A stretch of DNA of 64,000 nt, from NCBI GenBank assembly GCA_964016885.1, contig OZ024741.1:401078001-401142000 (forward strand), read 5' to 3'. Each line of letters starts with the position of its first letter. Positions within the stretch are counted from its first letter, which is position 1. The notes below the pieces were generated by a model, which saw only the letters and a program-made list of their open reading frames with translations, did no database searches and was not told the origin of the DNA. Origin of the DNA: Eledone cirrhosa. Its lineage: Eukaryota. The position numbers and the translations under genes were made by a program. Positions 1 through 11,760 of the stretch are shown one piece after another.

Positions 1-3000
1 ACTAGTGAGAGTGTTTTACTATTCTTGGCAATATTAGGGCAACATGACCCTCCCCAAACAGGGAACGTGTTTTTGGCAATATTATAACAATAGGACCCTC
101 CCCAATCAGTGAGTGTGTTTAACTATTTTTTGCAATATAATAACAATATGACCCTCCACAAACAGTGAGTGTGTTTTAGTATTTTTGGCAATATTAAAAT
201 ATGACGCTACCCAAACAGTGAGTGTGTTTTGCTATTTTTGGCAATATTATAACAATATGACCCTCCCCAAACAGTGAGTTTGTTTTACTATTTTTCGTAA
301 TATTATAACAATATGACTCTCCCCAAACAGTGAGTGTGTTTTACTATTTTTGGTTATATTATAACATTATGACTCTCCCCAAACAGTGAGTGTGTTTTAC
401 TATTTTTGGCAATATTATAACAGTATGACCCTCCCCAAACAGTGAGTGTGTTTAACTATTTTTTGCAATATAATAACAATATGACCCTCCCCAAACAGTG
501 AGTGTGTTTTAGTATTTTTGGCAATATTATAACAATATGACCCTCCCCAAACATGAGTGTATTTTACTATTTTTCACAATATTATATCAATATGACTCTC
601 CCCAACCAGTGAGTGTGTTTTACTATTTTTGGCAATATTAGGGCAACATGACCCTCCCCAAACAGTGAGTGTGTTTTACTATTTTTGGCAATATTATAAC
701 AATATGACCTTCCCCAAACAGTGAGTGTGTTTAACTATTTTTTGCAATATAATAACAATATGACCCTCCCCAAACAGTGAGTGTGTTTTACTATTTTTTG
801 CAATATAATAACAATATGACCCTCCCCAAACAGTGAGTGTGTTTTACTATTTTTGGCAATATTAGGGCAACATGACCCTCGCCAAACAGTGAGTGTGTTT
901 TATTATTTTTGGCAATATTATAACAATATGACCCTCCCCAAAGGGTGAGCGTGTTTTACTATTTTTGGCAATATTATGACAATATGACCCTCCCCAAACA
1001 GTGAGTTTCTTTTACTATTTTTCGCACTATTATAACAATATGACTCTCCCCAAACAGTGAGTGTGTTTTACTATTTATGGTTATATTATAACAATATGAC
1101 ACCCCAAACAGTGAGTGTGTTTTACTATTTTTGGCAATATTATAACAGTATGACCCTCCCCAAACAGTGAGTGTGTTTAACTATTTTTTGCAATATAATA
1201 ACAATATGACCCTCCCCAAACAGTGAGTGTGTTTTACTATTTTTGGCAATATTAGAACAATATGACCCTATCCAAACAGTGAGTGTGTTTTACTATTTTT
1301 GGCAATATTATAACAATATGACCCTCCCCAAACAGTGAGTTTGCTTTACTATTTTTGGCAATATTATAACAATATGACCCTCCCCAAACAGTGTGTGTGT
1401 TTTACTTGTTTTCGCAATATTATAATAATATGACTCTCCCCAAACAGTGAGTGTGTTTTACTATTTTTGGCAATATTAGGGCAACATGACCCTCCCCAAA
1501 CAGTGAGTGTCTTTTACTATTTTTGGCAATATTATAACAATATGACCCTCCCCAAACGGTGAGCGTGTTTTACTATTTTGGCAATATTATAACAATATGA
1601 CCCTACACAAACAGTGAGTGTTTTTTACTATTTTTGGCAATATTATAACAATATGACCCTCCCCAAACAGTGAGTGTGTTTTACTATTTTGGGAAATATT
1701 ATAACCATATGACCCTCCCCAAACAGTGAGTGTGTTTTACTATTTTTCGCAATATTATAACAATATGTCCCTACACAAACAGTGAGTATGTTTTACTATT
1801 TTTGGCAATATTATAACCATATGACCCTCCCCAAACAGTGAGTTTGTTTTACTATTTTTGGCAATATTATAACAATATGACTCTCCCCAAACAGTGAGTG
1901 TGTTTTAGTATTTTTGGCAATATTATAACAATATAACCCTCCCCAAACAGTGAGTGTGTGTTACTATTTTTAGCAATATTATAACAATAGGACCCTCCCC
2001 AAACAGTGAGTGTGTTTTACTATTTTTGACAATATTATAACAATATGACCCTCCCGAAACAGTGAGTGTGCTTTACTATTTTTGGCAATATTATAACAAT
2101 ATGACTCTCCTTAAACAGTGAGTGTGTTTTACTATTTTTGGCAATATTAGGGCAACATGACCCTCCCCAAACAGTGAGTGTCGTTTACTATTTTTGGCAA
2201 TATTATAACAATATGACTCTCCCCAAACGGTGAGCGTGTTTTACTATTTTTGGCAATATTATGACAATATGACCCTACACAAACAGTGAGTGTTTTTTAC
2301 TATTTTTGGCAATATTATAACAATATGACTCTCCGCAACTAGTGAGTGTATTTTACTATTCTTGGCAATATTAGGGCAACATGACCCTCCCCAAACAGTG
2401 AATGTGTTTTACTATTTTTGGCAATATTATAACAATATGACCCTCCCCAATCAGTGAGTGTGTTTAAATATTTATTGCAATATAATAACAATATGACCCT
2501 CCACAAACAGTGAGTGTGTTTTAGTATTTTTGGCAATATTATAATAATATGACGCTACCCAAACAGTGAGTGTGTTTTACTATTTTTGGCAATATTATAA
2601 CAATATGACCCTCCCCAAAGAGTGAGTTTGTTTTACTATTTTTCGCAATATTATAACAATATGACTCTCCCCAAACAGTGAGTGTGTTTTACTATTTTTG
2701 GTTATATTAAAACAATATGACTCTCCCCAAACAGTGAGTGTGTTTTACTATTTTTGGCAATATTATAACAGTATGACCCTCCCCAAACAGTGAGTGTGTT
2801 TAACTATTTTTGGCAATATAATAACAATATGACCCTCCCCAAACAGTGAGTGTATTTTACTATTTTTGGCAATATTATAACAAGATAACCCTCCCCAAAC
2901 AGTGAGTGTGTTTTACTATTTTTGGCAATATTATAACAATATGACCCTCCCAGACAGTGAGTGTGTTTTACTATTTTTGGCAATATTATAACAATATAAC

Positions 3001-3600
3001 CCTCCCCAAACAGTGAGTGTGTTTTACTATTTTTGGCAATATTATAACAATAGGACCCTCCCCAAACAGTGAGTGTGTTTTACTATTTTTGGCAATATTA
3101 TAACAACATGACCCTCCCAAAACAGTGAGTGTGCTTTACTATTTTTGGCAATATTATAACAATATGACTCTCCTTAAACAGTGAGTGTGTTTTACTATTT
3201 CTGGCAATATTAGGGCAACATTACCCTCACCAAACAGTGAGTGTGTTTTATTATTTTTGGCAATATTATAACAATATGACCCTCCCCAAAGGGTGAGCGT
3301 GTTTTACTATTTTTGGCAATATTATGACAATATGACCCTCCCCAAACAGTGAGTTTCTTTTACTATTTTTCGCACTATTATAACAATATGACTCTCCCCA
3401 AACAGTGAGTGTGTTTTACTATTTTTGGTTATATTATAACAATATGACTCTCCCCAAACAGTGAGTGTGTTTTACTATTTTTGGCAATATTATAACAGTA
3501 TGACCCTCCCCAAACAGTGAGTGTGTTTAACTATTTTTTGCAATATAATAACAATATGACCCTCCCCAAACAGTGAGTGTGTTTTACTATTTTTGGCAAT
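1..3600 (+). repeat. Older, diverged duplication with a period of about 42 monomers (offset about 2.34 kb)
   Basis: Shared rare markers: ACTAGTGAG..ATTCTTGG at 1 and 2338; GGGTGAGCG at 943 and 3291 (offset 2348); GAGTTTCTTT/CGCACTATT follow in both. The first copy carries extra small deletions, and the middle parts differ. Confidence 0.7.
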
Positions 3601-3899
3601 ATTATAACAATATGACCCTCCCCAAACAGTGAGTTTGCTTTACTATTTTTGGCAATATTATAACAATATGACCCTCCCCAAACAGTGAGTGTGTTTTACT
3701 ATTTTTGGCAATATTATAACCATATGACCCTCCCCAAACAGTGAGTGTGTTGTAGTATTTTTGGCAATATTATAACATTATAACCCTCCCCAAACAGTGA
3801 GTGTGTTTTACTATTTTTGGCAATATTATAACAATATGACCCTCCCCAAACAGTGAGTGTGTTTTACTATTTTTGGCAATATTATAACAATATGACCCT

Positions 3900-6800
3900 C
3901 CCCAAACAGTGTGTGTGTTTTACTTGTTTTCGCAATATTATAATAATATGACTCTCCCCAAACAGTGAGTGTGTTTTACTATTTTTGGCAATATTAGGGC
4001 AACATGACCCTCCCCAAACAGTCAGTGTCTTTTACTATTTTTGGCAATATTATAACAATATGACCCTCCCCAAACGGTGAGCGTGTTTTACTATTTTGGC
4101 AATATTATAACAATATGACCCTACACAAACAGTGAGTGTTTTTTACTATTTTTGGCAATATTATAACAATATGACCCTCCCCAAACAGTGAGTGTGTTTT
4201 ACTATTTTGGGAAATATTATAACCATATGACGTCCCCAAACAGTGAGTGTGTTTTACTATTTTTCGCAATATTATAACAATATGACTCTCCCCAAACAGT
4301 GAGTGTGTTTTAGTATTTTTGGCAATATTATAACAATATGACCCTCCCCAAATAGTGAGTGTGTTTTACTATTTTTAGAAATATTATAATAAAATGACCT
4401 TACACAAACAGTGAGTGTGATTTACTATTTTTGGCAACATTATAAACATATGACCCTCCCCAAACAGAGAGTGTGTTTTAATATTTTTGGCAATATTATA
4501 ACAATATGTCCCTACACAAACAGTGAGTGTGTTTTACTATTTTTGGCAATATTATAACCATATGACCCTCCCCAAACAGTGAGTTTGTTTTACTATTTTT
4601 GGCAATATTATAACAATATGACCCTCCCCAAACAGTGAGTGTGTTTTACTATTTTTGGCAATATTAAAACAATATGAGCCTACCCAAACAGTGAGTGTGT
4701 TTTACTATTTTTGGTAATATTATAACAATATGTCCCTACACAAACAGTGAGTGTGTTTTACTATTTGTGGTAATATTATAACAATATGACCCTCCCCAAA
4801 CAGTCAGTGTGTTTTACTATTTTTGGCAATATTATAACAATATGACCCTCCCCAGACAGTGAGTGTGTTTTAGTATTTTTGTCAATATTATAACAATATA
4901 ACCCTCCCCAAACAGTGAGTGTGTTTTACTATTTTTGGCAATATTATAACAATAGGACCCTCCCCAAACAGTGAGTGTGTTTTACTATTTTTGGCAATGT
5001 TATAACAATATGACCCTCCCGAAACAGTGAGTGTGCTTTACTATTTTTGGCAATATTATAACAATATGACTCTCCTTAAACAGTGAGTGTGTTTTACTAT
5101 TTTTGGCAATATTAGGGCAACATGACCCTCCCCAAATAGTGAGTGTCTTTTACTATTTTTGGCAATATTATAACAGTATGACCCTCCCCAAACAGTGAGT
5201 GTGTTTTACTATTTTTGGCAATATTATGACAATATGACCCTACACAAACAGTGAGTGTTTTTTACTATTTTTGGCAATATTATAACAATATGACCCTCCC
5301 CAATCAGTGAGTGTGTTTTACTATCTTTGGCAAAAATTATAACAATAGGACCCTCCCCAAACAGTGAGTGTGTTTTACTATTTTTGGCAATATTATAACA
5401 ATATGACCCTCCCCAAACAGTGAGTGTGTTTTAGTATTTTTGGCAATATTATAACAATATGACCCTCCCCAGACAGTGAGTGTGTTTTAGTATTTTTGGT
5501 AATATTAGGGCAATATTACCCTCACCAAACAGTGAGTGTGTTTTATTATTTTTGGCAATATTATAACAATATGACCCTCCCCAAACAGTGTGTGTGTTTT
5601 ACTTGTTTTCGCAATATTATAATAATATGACTCTCCCCAAACAGTGAGTGTGTTTTACTATTTTTGGCAATATTAGGGCAACATGACCCTCCCCAAACAG
5701 TCAGTGTCTTTTACTATTTTTGGCAATATTATAACAATATGACCCTCCCCAAACGGTGAGCGTGTTTTACTATTTTGGCAATATTATAACAATATGACCC
5801 TACACAAACAGTGAGTGTTTTTTACTATTTTTGGCAATATTATAACAATATGACCCTCCCCAAACAGTGAGTGTGTTTTACTATTTTGGGAAATATTATA
5901 ACCATATGACGTCCCCAAACAGTGAGTGTGTTTTACTATTTTTCGCAATATTATAACAATATGACTCTCCCCAAACAGTGAGTGTGTTTTAGTATTTTTG
6001 GCAATATTATAACAATATGACCCTCCCCAAATAGTGAGTGTGTTTTACTATTTTTAGAAATATTATAATAAAATGACCTTACACAAACAGTGAGTGTGAT
6101 TTACTATTTTTGGCAACATTATAAACATATGACCCTCCCCAAACAGAGAGTGTGTTTTAATATTTTTGGCAATATTATAACAATATGTCCCTACACAAAC
6201 AGTGAGTGTGTTTTACTATTTTTGGCAATATTATAACCATATGACCCTCCCCAAACAGTGAGTTTGTTTTACTATTTTTGGCAATATTATAACAATATGA
6301 CCCTCCCCAAACAGTGAGTGTGTTTTACTATTTTTGGCAATATTAAAACAATATGAGCCTACCCAAACAGTGAGTGTGTTTTACTATTTTTGGTAATATT
6401 ATAACAATATGTCCCTACACAAACAGTGAGTGTGTTTTACTATTTGTGGTAATATTATAACAATATGACCCTCCCCAAACAGTCAGTGTGTTTTACTATT
6501 TTTGGCAATATTATAACAATATGACCCTCCCCAGACAGTGAGTGTGTTTTAGTATTTTTGTCAATATTATAACAATATAACCCTCCCCAAACAGTGAGTG
6601 TGTTTTACTATTTTTGGCAATATTATAACAATAGGACCCTCCCCAAACAGTGAGTGTGTTTTACTATTTTTGGCAATGTTATAACAATATGACCCTCCCG
6701 AAACAGTGAGTGTGCTTTACTATTTTTGGCAATATTATAACAATATGACTCTCCTTAAACAGTGAGTGTGTTTTACTATTTTTGGCAATATTAGGGCAAC

Positions 6801-7185
6801 ATGACCCTCCCCAAATAGTGAGTGTCTTTTACTATTTTTGGCAATATTATAACAATATGACCCTCCCCAAACGGTGAGCGTGTTTTACTATTTTTGGCAA
6901 TATTATGACAATATGACCCTACACAAACAGTGAGTGTTTTTTACTATTTTTGGCAATATTATAACAATATGACCCTCCCCAATCAGTGAGTGTGTTTTAC
7001 TATCTTTGGCAAAAATTATAACAATAGGACCCTCCCCAAACAGTGAGTGTGTTTTACTATTTTTGGCAATATTATAACAATATGACCCTCCCCAAACAGT
7101 GAGTGTGTTTTAGTATTTTTGGCAATATTATAACAATATGACCCTCCCCAGACAGTGAGTGTGTTTTAGTATTTTTGGTAATATT
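3900..7185 (+). repeat. Near-identical tandem duplication of a 30-monomer block (offset 1679 bp)
   Basis: Private marker CGTCCCC at 4231 and 5910. TTTTAGAAAT, GGCAACATTATAAAC and CTTTGGCAAAAATT appear in the same order in both copies. 1679 = 30x56 - 1. Confidence 0.92.
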
Positions 7186-7329
7186 ATAACAATATAACCC
7201 TCCCCAAACAGTGAGTGTGTTTTACTATTTTGGGGAATATTATAACAATATGACCCTCCCCACACAGTGAGTGTGTTTTAGTATTTTTGGCAATATTATA
7301 ACAATATGACTCTCCCCAACCAGTGAGTG

Positions 7330-10300
7330 TGTTTTACTATTTTTGGCAATATTAGGGCAACATGACCCTCCCCAAACAGGGAGTGTGTTTTACTATTTTT
7401 GGCAATATTATTACAATATGACCCTCCCCAAACAGTGAGTGTGTTTAACTATTTTTGGCAATATTATAACAATAGGACCCTCCCCAAACAGTGAGTGTGT
7501 TTTACTATTTTTGGCAATATTATAACAATATGACCCTCCCTAAACAGTGAGTGTGCTTTACTATTTTTGGCAATATTATAACAATATGACTCTCCTTAAA
7601 AAGTGAGTGTGTTTTACTATTTTTGGCAATATTAGGGCAACATGACCCTCCCCAAACAGTGAGTGTGTTTTACTATTTTTGGCAATATTATAACAATATG
7701 ACCCTCCCCAAACAGTGAGTGTGTTTTACTATTTTTGGCAATATTATAACAATATGACCCTCCCCAAACAGTGAGTGTGTTTTACTATTTTTGGTTATAT
7801 TATAACAATATGACTCTCCCCAAACAGTGAGTGTGTTTTACTATTTTTGGCAATATTATAACAGTATGACCCTCCCCAAACAGTGAGTGTGTTTAACTAT
7901 TTTTTGCAATATAATAACAATATGACCCTCCCCAAACAGTGAGTGTGTTTTAGTAAATTTGGCAATATTATAACAATATGACCCTCCCCAAACAGTGAGT
8001 GTGTTTTACTATTTTTCACAATATTATAACAATATGACTCTCCCCAACCAGTGAGTGTGTTTTACTATTTTTGGCAATATTAGGGCAACATGACCCTCCC
8101 CAAACAGTGAGTGTGTTTTACTATTTTTGGCAATATTATAACAATATGACCCTCCCCAAACAGTGAGTGTGTTTTAGTATTTTTTGCAATATTATAACAA
8201 TATGACCCTCCCGAAACAGTGAGTGTGCTTTACTATTTTTGGCAATATTATAACAATATGACTCTCCTTAAACAGTGAGTGTGTTTTACTATTTTTGGCA
8301 ATATTAGGGCAACATGACCCTACACAAACAGTGAGTGTGTTTTACTATTTTTGGCAATATTATAACAATATGACCCTCCCCAAACAGTGAGTGTGTTTAA
8401 CTATTTTTTGCAATATAATAACAATATGACCCTCCCCAAACAGTGAGTGTGTTTTAGTATTTTTGGCAATATTATAACAATATGACCCTCCCCAAACAGT
8501 GAGTGTGTTTTACTATTTTTCACAATATTATAACAATATGACTCTCCCCAACCAGTGAGTGTGTTTTACTATTTTTGGCAATATTAGGGCAACATGACCC
8601 TCCCCAAACAGTGAGTGTGTTTTACTATTTTTGGCAATATTATAACAATATGACCCTCCCCAAACAGTGAGTGTGTTTTAGTATTTTTTGCAATATTATA
8701 ACAATATGACCCTCCCGAAACAGTGAGTGTGCTTTACTATTTTTGGCAATATTATAACAATATGACTCTCCTTAAACAGTGAGTGTGTTTTACTATTTTT
8801 GGCAATATTAGGGCAACATGACCCTCCCCAAACAGTGAGTGTGTTTTACTATTTTTGGCAATATTATAACAATATGACCCTCCCAAAACAGTAAGTGTGT
8901 TTTACTATTTTTGGCAATATTATAACAATATGACTCTCCTTAAACAGTGAGTGTGTTTTACTATTTTTGGCAATATTAGGGCAATATGACCCTACACAAA
9001 CAGTGAGTGTTTTTTACTATTTTTGGCAATATTATAACAATATAACACTCCCCAAACAGTGAGTGTGTTTTATTATTTTTGGCAATATTATAACAATATG
9101 ACCCTCCCCAAACGGTGAGCGTGTTTTACTATTTTTGGCAATATTATGACAATATGACCCTACACAAACAGTGAGTGTTTTTTACTATTTTTGGCAATAT
9201 TATAACAATATGACTCTCCGCAACCAGTGAGTTTTTTTTTACTATTCTTGGCAATATTAGGGCAACATGACCCTCCCCAAACAGTGAGTGTGTTTTACTA
9301 TTTTTGGCAATGTTATAACAATATGACCCCCCCAATCAGTGAGTGTGTTTAACTATTTTTTGCAATATAATAACAATATGACCCTCCACAAACAGTGAGT
9401 GTGTTTTAGTATTTTTGGCAATATTATAATAACATGACGCTACCCAAACAGTGCGTGTGTTTTACTATTTTTGGCAATATTATAACAGTATGACCCTCCC
9501 CAAACAGTGAGTGTGTTTAACTATTTTTTGCAATATAATAACAATATGACCCTCCCCAAACAGTGAGTGTGTTTTACTATTTTTGGCAATATTAGGGCAA
9601 CATGACCCTCCCCAAACAGGGAGTGTGTTTTACTATTTTTGGCAATATTATTACAATATGACCCTCCCCAAACAGTGAGTGTGTTTAACTATTTTTGGCA
9701 ATATTATAACAATAGGACCCTCCCCAAACAGTGAGTGTGTTTTACTATTTTTGGCAATATTATAACAATATGACCCTCCCTAAACAGTGAGTGTGCTTTA
9801 CTATTTTTGGCAATATTATAACAATATGACTCTCCTTAAAAAGTGAGTGTGTTTTACTATTTTTGGCAATATTAGGGCAACATGACCCTCCCCAAACAGT
9901 GAGTGTGTTTTACTATTTTTGGCAATATTATAACAATATGACCCTCCCCAAACAGTGAGTGTGTTTTACTATTTTTGGCAATATTATAACAATATGACCC
10001 TCCCCAAACAGTGAGTGTGTTTTACTATTTTTGGTTATATTATAACAATATGACTCTCCCCAAACAGTGAGTGTGTTTTACTATTTTTTGCAATATAATA
10101 ACAATATGACCCTCCCCAAACAGTGAGTGTGTTTTAGTAAATTTGGCAATATTATAACAATATGACCCTCCCCAAACAGTGAGTGTGTTTTACTATTTTT
10201 CACAATATTATAACAATATGACTCTCCCCAACCAGTGAGTGTGTTTTACTATTTTTGGCAATATTAGGGCAACATGACCCTCCCCAAACAGTGAGTGTGT

Positions 10301-11760
10301 TTTACTATTTTTGGCAATATTATAACAATATGACCCTCCCCAAACAGTGAGTGTGTTTTAGTATTTTTTGCAATATTATAACAATATGACCCTCCCGAAA
10401 CAGTGAGTGTGCTTTACTATTTTTGGCAATATTATAACAATATGACTCTCATTAAACAGTGAGTGTGTTTTACTATTTTTGGCAATATTAGGGCAACATG
10501 ACCCTACACAAACAGTAAGTGTGTTTTACTATTTTTGGCAATATTATAACAATATGACCCTCCCCAAACAGTGAGTGTGTTTAACTATTTTTTGCAATAT
10601 AATAACAATATGACCCTCCCCAAACAGTGAGTGTGTTTTAGTATTTTTGGCAATATTATAACAATATGACCCTCCCCAAACAGTGAGTGTGTTTTACTAT
10701 TTTTCACAATATTATAACAATATGACTCTCCCCAACCAGTGAGTGTGTTTTACTATTTTTGGCAATATTAGGGCAACATGACCCTCCCCAAACAGTGAGT
10801 GTGTTTTACTATTTTTGGCAATATTATAACAATATGACCCTCCCCAAACAGTGAGTGTGTTTTAGTATTTTTTGCAATATTATAACAATATGACCCTCCC
10901 GAAACAGTGAGTGTGCTTTACTATTTTTGGCAATATTATAACAATATGACTCTCCTTAAACAGTGAGTGTGTTTTACTATTTTTGGCAATATTAGGGCAA
11001 CATGACCCTCCCCAAACAGTGAGTGTGTTTTACTATTTTTGGCAATACTATAACAATATGACCCTCCCAAAACAGTAAGTGTGTTTTACTATTTTTGGCA
11101 ATATTATAACAATATGACTCTCCTTAAACAGTGAGTGTGTTTTACTATTTTTGGCAATATTAGGGCAACATGACCCTACACAAACAGTGAGTGTTTCTTA
11201 CTATTTTTGGCAATATTATAACAATATAACACTCCCCAAACAGTGAGTGTGTTTTATTATTTTTGGCAATATTATAACAATATGACCCTCCCCAAACGGT
11301 GAGCGTGTTTTACTATTTTTGGCAATATTATGACAATATGACCCTACACAAACAGTGAGTGTTTTTTACTATTTTTGGCAATATTATAACAATATGACTC
11401 TCCGCAACCAGTGAGTTTTTTTTTACTATTCTTGGCAATATTAGGGCAACATGACCCTCCCCAAACAGTGAGTGTGTTTTACTATTTTTGGCAATGTTAT
11501 AACAATATGACCCCCCCAATCAGTGAGTGTGTTTAACTATTTTTTGCAATATAATAACAATATGACCCTCCACAAACAGTGAGTGTGTTTTAGTATTTTT
11601 GGCAATATTATAATAACATGACGCTACCCAAACAGTGCGTGTGTTTTACTATTTTTGGCAATATTATAACAGTATGACCCTCCCCAAACAGTGAGTGTGT
11701 TTAACTATTTTTTGCAATATAATAACAATATGACCCTCCCCAAACAGTGAGTGTGTTTTA
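7330..11760 (+). repeat. Tandem duplication of a 40-monomer block (second copy 39 monomers), each copy containing a nested 9-monomer (504 bp) duplication
   Basis: TCTCCTTAAAAAG at 7591/9831 (offset 2240 = 40x56). TAGTAAATTT at 7951/10135 and GTGCGT at 9451/11635 (offset 2184 = 39x56). Nested TTTTCACAAT at 8017/8521 and 10201/10705 (offset 504). Confidence 0.92.

Noticed and set aside
2339-2536. 65-aa minus-strand ORF
   Set aside because: Chance open frame through variant monomers, with the same satellite-derived peptide words and a non-ATG start.
7263-7269. Perfect CACAGTG heptamer (RAG/Transib recombination-signal-like); consensus AACAGTG is 6/7
   Set aside because: Single point variant. 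There is no ACAAAAACC-like nonamer at 12 or 23 bp in the right orientation, and the consensus lacks the essential CAC on this strand.
7654-7709. Internal 28-bp sub-repeat or telomeric-repeat origin
   Set aside because: The two halves do not align beyond short words (CAATAT twice, AACAG/AACAA). TTAGGG appears only singly in the ATTAGGGCAAC variant, never in tandem.
7702-7765. G-quadruplex from minus-strand GGGGAGGG
   Set aside because: Only two G-tracts per monomer, with the next pair 48 nt away, and the tract is among the most variable parts of the monomer.
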